A DNA stretch of 64,000 nt from Candidatus Latescibacterota bacterium (GTDB lineage: Bacteria > Latescibacterota > UBA2968 > UBA8231): NCBI GenBank assembly GCA_965221775.1, contig CBDCSU010000006.1, forward strand, positions 736,001 to 800,000. Direction: 5' to 3'. Under the pieces are notes generated by a model that was given only the letters and a program-made list of their open reading frames with translations, ran no database searches and had not been told where the DNA came from. The stretch's first letter is position 1. Each line of letters opens with the position of its first letter. Positions 19,399-28,003 of the stretch are shown piece after piece. The position numbers were made by a program, and so were the translations under genes.

Positions 19399-19420
19399 TC
19401 CGATTTGTCAATCCGGCCAG

Positions 19421-19609
19421 CTACCCCCGGTCGGCGATCGTCACCCCGCCGACGGCCCAGTCCTCCTTGGCGTGGTCCTCGATGACCACCATCGTGCCTT
19501 CGCGCTTGGCGCCGCAGATCTCGACGATGGCGTCGGTGAGGGCCTTGGCCAGCTCGCGCTTCTGATCGGTGGTGCGGCCTTCGATCATCTTGACGTTGAT
19601 GAAGGGCAT
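19421..19609 (-). CDS. 4-oxalocrotonate tautomerase family protein (62 aa)
   Basis: MPFINVKMIEGRTTDQKRELAKALT...WAVGG with catalytic Pro1. Confidence 0.93.
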   Translation of the reverse strand: MPFINVKMIEGRTTDQKRELAKALTDAIVEICGAKREGTMVVIEDHAKEDWAVGGVTIADRG

Positions 19610-19655
19610 GGCTCCGTCCTTTCGTTGCGGGGTTCGTTTTGCCGAAAGGTATGCC

Positions 19656-21023
19656 ATGACCGCGCCCGTTGCCCTTGGCTCCCGCCGGGAGCTGTTCGTC
19701 GACCGCTTTCTCGTGGACCGCCTCGAGGGGGCGGCCCTCCACCTGCACCCGCCGGAGCGCCGGGAGGTGGTCTTCCAGATCTCCCAGCCCTGGGAGAGCG
19801 CCTGCACCGCCTGCTACAACCTCGTGCAGGAAGGGGACCGGACCCTGCTCTACTACCGGGGCTTCTATCCCGTGGGCGAGGACTACGCCGACGGCGCCGC
19901 CAGCCAGACCACCAACCTGGCGGTCAGCCGCGACGGCATCCGCTTCGAGCATCCGGAGCTGGGCCTGGTGGAGTTCGAGGGCACGCGCCGGAACAACGTC
20001 CTCATCCAGGGCCACGAGAGCCACAACTTCTGCGTCTTCCTCGACGCCAACCCGGACGCCGCCCCGGAGCAGCGCTTCAAGGCCGTGGGCGGCACGGGCC
20101 GGTCGAACCTGCACGGCTTCGCCTCCCCCGACGGCCTGCGCTGGACCCCGGTGAAGGAGGGCCCCCTGGAGGTCACCGGCGCCTTCGATTCGGTCAACGT
20201 CCCCCTGTGGGACTCCCATGTCGGGCGCTACCGCCTCTTCAGCCGCTACTCCGAGAGCGCCGGCGGCGCCCGGGTGCGTGCCATCCAGAGCTGCACCTCC
20301 GAGGACTTCGTCCACTGGACCGACCCGGAACCCCACCGGTACGGCGACGGCGTGCCCCTGGAGCACTTCTACACCAACGCCACCACGCCCTGCCCCGGCG
20401 CCGAGCACATCCTCCTCTCCTTCCCCATGCGCTTCCTGCCCGAGCGCGAGCTCGACACCGCGGGCATGCCCTACCCGGGCAACGGCCTCTCCGACGCCGT
20501 CTTCATGAGCAGCCGCGACGGCGTCCACTGGGACCGCACCTTCCTGGAGGCCTGGCTGCGGCCCGGCCGGGATCAGCGCAACTGGTCCCACCGCAGCTGC
20601 ACCCCCGCCCCCGGCCTGGTGCAGACCGCCGCCGACGAGTGGTCGATGTACATCTCGGAGAACTACGGATGGTCGACGAACCGCCTGCGCCGCGTGGTCG
20701 TGCGGCCCCACGGCTTCGCCTCGGTGCGGGCCGGGTACTCAGGGGGCGAGCTGGTGACGCGGCCGCTGCTGCTCGAGGGCGGCGCCCTGCGCCTGAACTA
20801 CGCCACCTCGGCGGCCGGATCGCTGCGGGTGGAGATCCAGGACGAGTCGGGGCAGCCTGTGCCGGGCTTCGGCCTGGAGGAGATGGACCCCGTCTTCGGC
20901 GACCAGCTCGACGCCCCCGTGGGCTGGAAGGCGGGGGGCGACGTCTCCGGCCTGCGGGGCCGCCCCGTGCGCCTGCGGGTGGCGCTGCAGGACGCCGATC
21001 TGTTTGCGGTGCGGAGCGTGTAG
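19656..21023 (+). CDS. Beta-propeller glycoside hydrolase-like hypothetical protein (GH32/GH43 clan-like)
   Basis: RELFVD start, repeated SxDGxxW/F Asp-box-like motifs, C-terminal GFAS...GELVT...LRLN domain. Confidence 0.65.
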   Translation: MTAPVALGSRRELFVDRFLVDRLEGAALHLHPPERREVVFQISQPWESACTACYNLVQEGDRTLLYYRGFYPVGEDYADGAASQTTNLAVSRDGIRFEHPELGLVEFEGTRRNNVLIQGHESHNFCVFLDANPDAAPEQRFKAVGGTGRSNLHGFASPDGLRWTPVKEGPLEVTGAFDSVNVPLWDSHVGRYRLFSRYSESAGGARVRAIQSCTSEDFVHWTDPEPHRYGDGVPLEHFYTNATTPCPGAEHILLSFPMRFLPERELDTAGMPYPGNGLSDAVFMSSRDGVHWDRTFLEAWLRPGRDQRNWSHRSCTPAPGLVQTAADEWSMYISENYGWSTNRLRRVVVRPHGFASVRAGYSGGELVTRPLLLEGGALRLNYATSAAGSLRVEIQDESGQPVPGFGLEEMDPVFGDQLDAPVGWKAGGDVSGLRGRPVRLRVALQDADLFAVRSV

Positions 21024-21078
21024 CGGCGGCGCGGGACCCCCGGGGCCCGGGGCGGGACCGCCCTGCGCCCGGCGCGCG

Positions 21079-21252
21079 CTACGCCTGCCGCGCCTCCATG
21101 CCGCCGGGGTAGTGCAGGCGCTCCAGGTAGACCCCCCGTCACCACATCAGCCCCACGCACAGCATGGAGCCGATCAGGCGGAGGACGAACCTCGACACCT
21201 GACGGAGGCCTTCGTACAGGCGGTCGGTGGTGGAGAGCTGCTTGCGAGACAT
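21079..21252 (-). CDS. Small hydrophobic protein: 37 aa to TGA (21139), or 57 aa if the TGA is read through
   Basis: AGGAGA RBS before ATG 21252; frame stays open with G/C-ending codons after the TGA until TAG 21079. Confidence 0.5.
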
Positions 21253-21329
21253 GAGTATCTCTCCTATGGGGGCATCGAGCGTACACGCACGGCAGCCACC
21301 TCGGGGCTCGGCACGGGCCACCTGCGCCC

Positions 21330-23450
21330 TCACGAACCGCCGCCGCCCTGCGGCAGCGGCAGGCTCACCTCCTGCACGTGGCCGTACCCGGCCGAAGCGC
21401 GGACCGGCTGCCGGCGGGTCTCCACGTCCACGCCCGTGCCCCCGCATGTAAAGCGGTAACCCCCCGCCTCGGGCAGCACGAACCACGCCGTGCCCTGGAG
21501 GTCCGCCCGCACGGCGCGGGGCGGGACCGCCTGTCCCTCCAGCGGAGCCGCGAGGACGCAGGCCCCGGGGACCGGCTCGCCGGCGCGGGTGACGCGCACG
21601 AGCACCTCCGGCACACGCTCGCCCGCCAGTGGTCCCACGTCGCTCCCGGTGAAGCGGCGGAAGAGCCGCCGCGACCAGGCGGCCGTGCCCGTGGGGCGCG
21701 ACACCGGCCGCGCGGGATCGCACCAGTTGAGGCTCAGGCGGCGCTTGCCGCGGGCCTGTGGCGTCCCCTCGGAAAAGGGGTCGATGCGGGCATCGGCGCC
21801 GGACTGGGAGGGCCAGGCCACCTCGAAGTCGAAGTCCGCGGCGAGCATGCCGGGCACCGAGTCGTTGAAACCGCGGTAGTCCATGTCGGCGAAGAAGAAG
21901 GTCTGCAGGCCGTGGATGTTGCGCTCCCCCATGGCGGGGAGGAACTCCTCCCAGCCCTCGTGCAGGGGCGGCTGTTCCTCCTCCGTCTCGTCCCAGTGGC
22001 TGGCGGTGAAGATCCCGGCCTCGCCGACGCGCACCGGCTTCACCGGCAGCTCCCGGCGGATCGTCTCGATGCTCTGCTCGATGCTCTGCAGGCTGCTGAA
22101 CAGCCGGTAGCAGTCGATCAGCTCGATCAGCTCGGCATCGGCGGTGGAGGGATCGAAGGTGACCTCGGCGATGCGGCTGCGGTCCAGCTCCTTCACCTTG
22201 CGCAGCAGGGGCACGCAGTACTCCGGGTCCCGGGCGTCGGTGATGTCCCAGAACAGGATCGACGGGTGGTTGCGGACCCGGCGGATCCAGTGGTCGGCCA
22301 CGGCGAGGTGATGTTCCATGACCAGTGCCTTCTCGCCGGCGTCCATGTCCGGGGGGAAGACCTGCCCCGTGCCGACGCAGAAGTTGGCGCCCACTACGAA
22401 GACGCCGAGCTCGTCGGCCACGTCGTAGAGCACGGAGGGCGGATCGTAGCGGTGGTGCTCGACGATGCTGACGTTGGCGTCGGCCAGGTCGACGAACTTC
22501 CGGGTCAGCCACTGGCGCTCGTACACGTAGGGCACGGTGTGGTCGCCCCATGGCATGAGGCGCGTGCCGTTGAGCAACAGCCGGTCGCCTTCAGTCCAGA
22601 TCTCGCGGAAGCCGAAGCGGGTGACCTCGGCGTGCACCGCCGGCCCCGGTGATCCGGCCTCGTGGAGCGAAGACTCCAGGAAGTAGAGGACGGGCTCCCC
22701 GTACGGCGCCCGGCCCCAGATCGCGGGGTCCTTCCATGGGGCCGAGGCGCTCACCCGGTGAGCCGCCCCGGGCGCCAGCTCCGCCTCGCAAGCCGGCAGC
22801 TCCAGCACGGTCCCGCCCTCGCGGCGCACGCGCAGTTCGACCCGGCCCGCGAAGGAAGTCTCCCGGCCGTTGCGCACCGTCAGGGCGACGCGGATCGAGC
22901 CCTCGCGCACCGAGGTGGTCACATGCACGTCCTCGATCCGCACGCGGGACTCCAGGCTCAGCAGGACATCGGACTCCAGGCCGACGGTGGCCGCGCTGGT
23001 TCGCCAGAACAGGGTGTCGAGGGCCTTCTCCGCGTCCTCGCTGACGGAGGCTTGCCGCGGATGGGCATAGGCGCCGGTGCAGTTGTGGGTGTAGAGCAGC
23101 AGGTCGTGGGCGGAGCCCGGGGCGGCGAGGCAGGTGAGGTCGAGGCGCCAGGGCCGGCGCATGCCGTGGTGCTCGCCCAGGGGCTGCCCGTCGAGGTAGA
23201 GACGGCCGAAGTGGCGCACCCGCCCGGGGTCGAGGACGAGTCGGCGGTCCCCGGCCTCCCAGTCGGGGGGGATCTCGAGGGTGGTGCGGTACCAGCCCGA
23301 GGCGGGCGGGTCGTCCTCGAACTCGCGGGAGCGGTGGGGCACGCGGACGCGCCCCCAGCCGGCCGAGGGCGGATCCCCGTCGGCGGCCTCGGCGAACTCC
23401 CACTCGCCGTTGAGGAGAAGGCGGAGATCCGCCGCCGGGAGGTCGGTCAC
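21330..23450 (-). CDS. Glycoside hydrolase family 2 (beta-galactosidase-like) protein
   Basis: LNGEWEF, GWYRT, FGFREI...LLLNG, YDVADELG, RVRNHPSILFW; GTG 23450 overlaps the TGA of the duplicated PhyH 3' end. Confidence 0.8.
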   Translation of the reverse strand: MTDLPAADLRLLLNGEWEFAEAADGDPPSAGWGRVRVPHRSREFEDDPPASGWYRTTLEIPPDWEAGDRRLVLDPGRVRHFGRLYLDGQPLGEHHGMRRPWRLDLTCLAAPGSAHDLLLYTHNCTGAYAHPRQASVSEDAEKALDTLFWRTSAATVGLESDVLLSLESRVRIEDVHVTTSVREGSIRVALTVRNGRETSFAGRVELRVRREGGTVLELPACEAELAPGAAHRVSASAPWKDPAIWGRAPYGEPVLYFLESSLHEAGSPGPAVHAEVTRFGFREIWTEGDRLLLNGTRLMPWGDHTVPYVYERQWLTRKFVDLADANVSIVEHHRYDPPSVLYDVADELGVFVVGANFCVGTGQVFPPDMDAGEKALVMEHHLAVADHWIRRVRNHPSILFWDITDARDPEYCVPLLRKVKELDRSRIAEVTFDPSTADAELIELIDCYRLFSSLQSIEQSIETIRRELPVKPVRVGEAGIFTASHWDETEEEQPPLHEGWEEFLPAMGERNIHGLQTFFFADMDYRGFNDSVPGMLAADFDFEVAWPSQSGADARIDPFSEGTPQARGKRRLSLNWCDPARPVSRPTGTAAWSRRLFRRFTGSDVGPLAGERVPEVLVRVTRAGEPVPGACVLAAPLEGQAVPPRAVRADLQGTAWFVLPEAGGYRFTCGGTGVDVETRRQPVRASAGYGHVQEVSLPLPQGGGGS

Positions 23451-23504
23451 CCCCAGCGGCTCGGCCCGACCCCCGCCGCGTCGCGGGCCATGCCGTCGGG
23501 GCGG
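23449..23504. repeat. 56-bp direct repeat, copy 1 (duplicate of PhyH 3' end)
   Basis: ACCCCCAGCGGCTCGGCCCGACCCCCGCCGCGTCGCGGGCCATGCCGTCGGGGCGG is identical to 24929-24984. Confidence 0.95.
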
Positions 23505-23678
23505 CGCCTTGGACGCCTCGCCTGTTTCCTGTGAAGCCATGCCAGGAACCTCGCCCGTTCCGGGTGCCATCTCCCGCTTCCCCAATCATAGGAGGTGCGG
23601 CTGCCCGGCGGGAAGTCATCGGGACCCGGCTCCGGCGGGGGCACCCGGCAGGCACTTGCGGACGGGGCCGGTCTGGTC

Positions 23679-23706
23679 TTGCTTAACGTAAGCAGCTTAC
23701 GATAAT
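23679..23706 (+). promoter_or_regulatory. Putative promoter with palindromic operator
   Basis: TTGCTT, 16-nt spacer, GATAAT; palindrome CGTAAGC-A-GCTTACG (23687-23701) lies between the hexamers. Confidence 0.65.
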
Positions 23707-23719
23707 CACCCCGAGGAAG

Positions 23720-23995
23720 ATGGACAGCCCTCCAGCAAACGTGAGCGCCTGGTTGGCGGAGATCGGGCGCAAGGGCGGCCGCAATAGCCGCCGCCACCTG
23801 TCCAGGGAGGACGCCCTCGACATGGTCCGGGTCCGCGAGGCCCGCCGCGCATTCCGCGAGTTCCATGCCCAGTGCTTCTGGTACATGCCCGCCGACATGA
23901 AGATCACCCTGGAGGACGTGCCCGAGGTGGCCCGAGGTCTGCGCCAGCACGGCGGCCGCCGGGGTTTCCTGCGCGCGGCCAGACTGTGCCCCTGA
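23720..23995 (+). CDS. Small basic protein, putative antitoxin/repressor of the downstream nucleotidyltransferase
   Basis: GAGGA RBS; AEIGRKGG (KGG-like) N-terminus, QCFWY core; overlaps next gene. Confidence 0.65.
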   Translation: MDSPPANVSAWLAEIGRKGGRNSRRHLSREDALDMVRVREARRAFREFHAQCFWYMPADMKITLEDVPEVARGLRQHGGRRGFLRAARLCP

Positions 23996-24771
23996 CCCCG
24001 ATCCAGGCACTGGCCCTCAGGACCATCGCGGCCAACCGCAGTCCGGAGAGCTACCTGGCCGGCGCCACGGTCCTCCATCGAGAGCCGGACACGCCCCGCT
24101 TCTCGCGGGATCTCGACTTGTTCCACGATCTCGCCGACAGCGTCGCCCTGAGCGCCGAGACGGACGCCGCCGCCCTGGGCGACGCCGGCTTCGAGCTGAC
24201 CTGGCTCCTGCGCACGCCCGCCTTCTTGCGGGCGGTTCTGTCGAGGGAAGGAGAGCAGCTTCGGATCGAGTGGGCGCAGGACAGCGCCTTCCGCTTCTTC
24301 CCGGTGGAGAAAGACGACGAGTGCGGGTACCGCCTTCACCACGCCGACGCCGCGGTGAACAAGGTCCTGGCCCTGGTGGGCCGGCAGGAGGTCCGCGACT
24401 ACGTCGACATCCTTCACCTCCACGACACCTACCTGCACCTCGGCGCCCTGGCCTGGGCGGCCTGTGGCAAGGATCCGGGGTTCACGCCCGGGTTTCTGCT
24501 GGAGCAGGCGGCGCGCCACACGGCTTACGCCCAGGCCGACATCGATCGTCTCAGCCTGCGGGAACCCCTGGACGTGAAGTCACTGAAGAGGAAGTGGCTC
24601 GGGGCCCTCGAAGAGGCCCGCGAGCTGGTCGATGCCCTGCCCCCCGAGGAGGTGGGCAGGCTCTATCTCGATGGACAGAGGCTGGTGACACCCGATCCGA
24701 AGTCGGAGCGCTTTGGGCACCTGCTTCGACACGAAGGCAGCGTCCGGGGCGCCTGGCCATCGGTCGGCTGA
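23986..24771 (+). CDS. AbiEii/AbiGii-like nucleotidyltransferase toxin
   Basis: YLAGATVL...RFSRDLDLF, NKVLAL.GR.EVRDYVD. Confidence 0.8.
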   Translation: MPLTPIQALALRTIAANRSPESYLAGATVLHREPDTPRFSRDLDLFHDLADSVALSAETDAAALGDAGFELTWLLRTPAFLRAVLSREGEQLRIEWAQDSAFRFFPVEKDDECGYRLHHADAAVNKVLALVGRQEVRDYVDILHLHDTYLHLGALAWAACGKDPGFTPGFLLEQAARHTAYAQADIDRLSLREPLDVKSLKRKWLGALEEARELVDALPPEEVGRLYLDGQRLVTPDPKSERFGHLLRHEGSVRGAWPSVG

Positions 24772-24926
24772 GGGCGCGCCGGCGGTCTGGCTGGACTGCA
24801 CGAGATTCCGTGTGGCCGATGTGGGCGCCGAGCTCGTCCGAGCTATCGGAGCCGGACCTGGCCGGGGCGGCGAGAGGCCTGGGGACTCCTACCCGTGAAA
24901 CCGGGGATTTCGTGCTGCCGGCGAAC

Positions 24927-25796
24927 CTACCCCCAGCGGCTCGGCCCGACCCCCGCCGCGTCGCGGGCCATGCCGTCGGGGCGGTTGGGCAGGTCGAACT
25001 CGATGTTGCGCGTGTTGAGGCTGCGGAAGAAGGGCTGGATGTGCTCCGGCAGGGTGGCCACCTGGTCCGGGTCGTAGTCCTCCACGTCGCCGATGGGACC
25101 GGCCCAGTCAGGGCGGTAGGCGATGGCGAACATGCGGCGCACCGAGTCGGAGTGATTGGGGTAGTTGCCGTGGAAGATCTTCTGGTTGATGACCACCGCC
25201 GAGCCCGCCTTGCAGCAGACCATCACCTCCTCGGGGTGGCTCAGGTAGCGCAGGTAGGGGTTGGCGTTGCGGTGCATGGACAGGTGGGAGCGCGGGATCG
25301 CCTTGAAGGGGGAGCGCTCCGGGGTCTGGTCGTCCAAGTAGTAGAGGACCCGCGCCAGCACCGGCGAGCTCGACTGGACGCCGAAGATCTGCGAGCCGTA
25401 GGGCTGGGCGTCGGTGTGCACGGCGATGCCGGGATGTCCGGGCTCCGAGACGCCGAAGCCGCAGGAGGTGCAGATCAGGTCGTCGCCGAAGAGGTCGCGC
25501 AGGAAATCCACCGTCGGCGGATGGGCGATCGTCTCGATGGCGGTGGGCGAGTCCGTCCACTGCACGTCGCGGGCGCCGCGCTGGTGGCGGCTGTAGTCGA
25601 CGCCCCGCGTCGGCAGCCGGGAGAACTCCTGGCGCAGGGTCTCCACCGTCTCCGGCGGCAGCAGGTCGGGCAGCACCACGTAGCCCTCCAGCTCGATGCA
25701 GCGGATCTGCTCGGCCCGCGTCAGGCTGGCGTAGTCGCGCTCGTCGCGGCGCGCCCCGGCCAGGCTCTCCTTTGGGTTGGTGAAGGAAGTGTCCAT
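24927..25796 (-). CDS. Phytanoyl-CoA dioxygenase (PhyH) family protein
   Basis: ELEGYVVLPD, VHTD, YYLDD, IPRSH, FHG...RR; AGGAG RBS. Confidence 0.88.
   Translation of the reverse strand: MDTSFTNPKESLAGARRDERDYASLTRAEQIRCIELEGYVVLPDLLPPETVETLRQEFSRLPTRGVDYSRHQRGARDVQWTDSPTAIETIAHPPTVDFLRDLFGDDLICTSCGFGVSEPGHPGIAVHTDAQPYGSQIFGVQSSSPVLARVLYYLDDQTPERSPFKAIPRSHLSMHRNANPYLRYLSHPEEVMVCCKAGSAVVINQKIFHGNYPNHSDSVRRMFAIAYRPDWAGPIGDVEDYDPDQVATLPEHIQPFFRSLNTRNIEFDLPNRPDGMARDAAGVGPSRWG
24929..24984. repeat. 56-bp direct repeat, copy 2
   Basis: Identical to 23449-23504. Confidence 0.95.
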
Positions 25797-25841
25797 CGCT
25801 CTCGCTCCTGATTTGTGACGTTCGGGTAGGTCCGCCCGCCT

Positions 25842-26972
25842 TCAGGCCGGCGGCTTGTCGCCCTCGAAGACCCGGCGCATCGGTTCCGTGATCCGGCCCT
25901 CGGCCTCCTGACGCTCCGCCCAGTGGGCCGGGACCCCCTCGTTCCAGCGGGCCGGCTCCGCCTGGTCCGGGTCCGGCGTGCGGTAGGCCATCAGCAGCCC
26001 CCAGCGCATGGGGGCGTCGTCGCCGCGGTGGCTCACGCGGTGCGGCATGTGGTGGACGAAGGAGACCATGCTGCCGGGGGCCAGGAAGAGGGGCTCGATG
26101 CGCAGGGGCTCGCCGGTGAAGGCGTGGACCCGGCCCCGCATCCAGCCGGCCTCGAACTGATCGTCGTACTCGCTGCGGCGGGTGTTCCACAGGTAGGGGC
26201 TGCGGTAGAGGTGGGCGCCGGGGACCACGGCCAGCTCGCCGCCCTCGGCGGCATCGCTCATGCCCTCGGGATAGCAGAGGGTGCGCACGCACTGGTGCGG
26301 GAAGTACTCCCGGCTCGGCGGGCGGCCGTTGTCGCGGCCGTGGACATCCCCGGTCTCGTGCTGGCCCTGGCGGTAGCCGTGGGCGTGCCAGCGCCGGCCC
26401 GTCGACCCCGGCGGGCGGTTGAGCGTCAGGATGTGGTCGAGCAGGACCCGCGGGCCGAGGAGCTTGCCGAAGAGCTCCATCATCTGCGGGTGGGTGGTGG
26501 TGACGTCGAGGAGGAAGTCGTCGTAGGCGGGGGCGAAGTACTCGGGCATGACCCCCTCCCAGCGGCAGCCGTCGACCCCGGGGACGGTGCCGGGCCCGAA
26601 GAGGCCGTGGTCCTTCATGTAGTCGCGCAGGCCGGGAGTCATCTGGATGACCCGCATCTGCTCCGAGCCGCCGCAGCAGGAGGCCAGGAACTCGGGGGCA
26701 TAGACCTCCGGGTCCGGCACCGGGAGGCCGCGGGCGGCGTAGTCGACGGCGCCCCAGTCGGTCCCGGTGAGGACGGCGTCGTTCATCGCCTGGAGCCGCC
26801 GCAGGGTGGCGGTCCAGCGGCGGCGGCCCTCGTCGGTGAGGACCCCGTCCCAGACCCAGTAGCCCTCGCGCTCGAAGCGGTCGCGGTCGAAGGCGGCCAG
26901 GACCTCGGGTCGCAGGAGATCGCGGCAGGGGGCGGCCCCGGGTGGGATGGTGTTCTCGGCTGGCGTCGTCAT
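25842..26972 (-). CDS. PhyH-like Fe(II)/2OG dioxygenase (HAH instead of HxD)
   Basis: FEREGYWV, RWHAH, GELAVVPGAH, PGSMV...HHMPHR. Confidence 0.72.
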   Translation of the reverse strand: MTTPAENTIPPGAAPCRDLLRPEVLAAFDRDRFEREGYWVWDGVLTDEGRRRWTATLRRLQAMNDAVLTGTDWGAVDYAARGLPVPDPEVYAPEFLASCCGGSEQMRVIQMTPGLRDYMKDHGLFGPGTVPGVDGCRWEGVMPEYFAPAYDDFLLDVTTTHPQMMELFGKLLGPRVLLDHILTLNRPPGSTGRRWHAHGYRQGQHETGDVHGRDNGRPPSREYFPHQCVRTLCYPEGMSDAAEGGELAVVPGAHLYRSPYLWNTRRSEYDDQFEAGWMRGRVHAFTGEPLRIEPLFLAPGSMVSFVHHMPHRVSHRGDDAPMRWGLLMAYRTPDPDQAEPARWNEGVPAHWAERQEAEGRITEPMRRVFEGDKPPA

Positions 26973-27071
26973 TCGGCCCTCGATCCGTGGGCCTGAAGAT
27001 AGCCGGCTCCCGGCCGGGGCGCACCACCGGGACGTTCGAGCCGGGGGAACCGCGTCCCTATCTTTGCTGCC

Positions 27072-28001
27072 ATGCAGAGCCTGACCATGGAGCCGATCCG
27101 CGGCCCGAGAGTGTGGACCGCGGCGAACATCGACGACGCCTCGGCCTGGACCACCGCCCTGAGCGGCGAGTCCCTCCGCGAGCTGGAAACCCTCGCCGCC
27201 GGCGAGGACATGGACTCCCCGAGCCTCTCGCGCCCGCACCTGCCGCGCTGCGCAGAGGAGTTGGCCCCTGTGCGCGAGGAACTGGCCCGGGGCCGCGGGT
27301 TCGCCATCGTCGAAGGCCTCGACGAGTCCCGCTTCGGGGGCGGCGGGTCGGTGGCCGCCTACTGGGCCCTGGGCCGGCTCCTCGGCCGCCCCTTCGCCCA
27401 GGACGTGGCCGGCACCCTGCTCTACGACGTGCGCGACACCGGCCGCTCGGTCACCGACGGCGCCCGGTTCTCGGTGACCCGCGCCGAGAGCACCTTCCAC
27501 ACCGACAACGCCTTCAACGACGAGCTGCCCGACCTCGTGGGCCTCCTCTGCCGGCGCGCCGCCCTCGAGGGGGGCCGCAGCCAGCTCGTCAACGCTCTCG
27601 CCCTCTACAACGAGCTGCTGCCGTCCGTCGACCCCGAGACCCTCCACGGCGCCTTCTGGTTCGACCGCCGCGGCCAGGAGGGCCCGGGGGAGCGTCCCAT
27701 CGCCCGCCGCCGGCTCTTCGCCCGCGACGGCGGCGAGCTCTCCATGCGCTACATGGCCTACTACATCGAGGTCGGCCAGGAGCGCGCCGGCGAGGCCCTG
27801 ACCCCCGCCCAGGGCCGCCTCCTCGAGGCCGTGGAGGAGGTGCTTGCGCACCCCGGGATGCGGGTCGAGTTCGACCTGCGGCCGGGGCAGATGCTGTTCA
27901 CCAACAACCACTGGATCCTCCACAACCGCACCGCCTTCACCGATCACCCGGAGGCGGCCGAGCGGCGCCACTACGTCCGCCTGTGGCTGCGCCGCAACTG
28001 A
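27072..28001 (+). CDS. TauD/TfdA (clavaminate synthase-like) dioxygenase
   Basis: GRGF, FHTD, VGLLC...GG.S, PGQMLFTNN...LHNRTAF, RHYVRLWL. Confidence 0.9.
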   Translation: MQSLTMEPIRGPRVWTAANIDDASAWTTALSGESLRELETLAAGEDMDSPSLSRPHLPRCAEELAPVREELARGRGFAIVEGLDESRFGGGGSVAAYWALGRLLGRPFAQDVAGTLLYDVRDTGRSVTDGARFSVTRAESTFHTDNAFNDELPDLVGLLCRRAALEGGRSQLVNALALYNELLPSVDPETLHGAFWFDRRGQEGPGERPIARRRLFARDGGELSMRYMAYYIEVGQERAGEALTPAQGRLLEAVEEVLAHPGMRVEFDLRPGQMLFTNNHWILHNRTAFTDHPEAAERRHYVRLWLRRN

Positions 28002-28003
28002 GC

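Larger units (their letters stand above)
23449..24984. mobile_element. 1.48-kb direct-repeat-flanked toxin-antitoxin cassette
   Basis: Two identical 56-bp repeats 1480 bp apart enclose a two-gene module oriented opposite to the host operon. Confidence 0.75.

Noticed and set aside
23451-23585. N-terminal extension of the GH2 ORF to 23585
   Set aside because: It lies in the duplicated PhyH tail and inserted DNA; the GTG at 23450 overlapping the ancestral TGA is the more parsimonious start.
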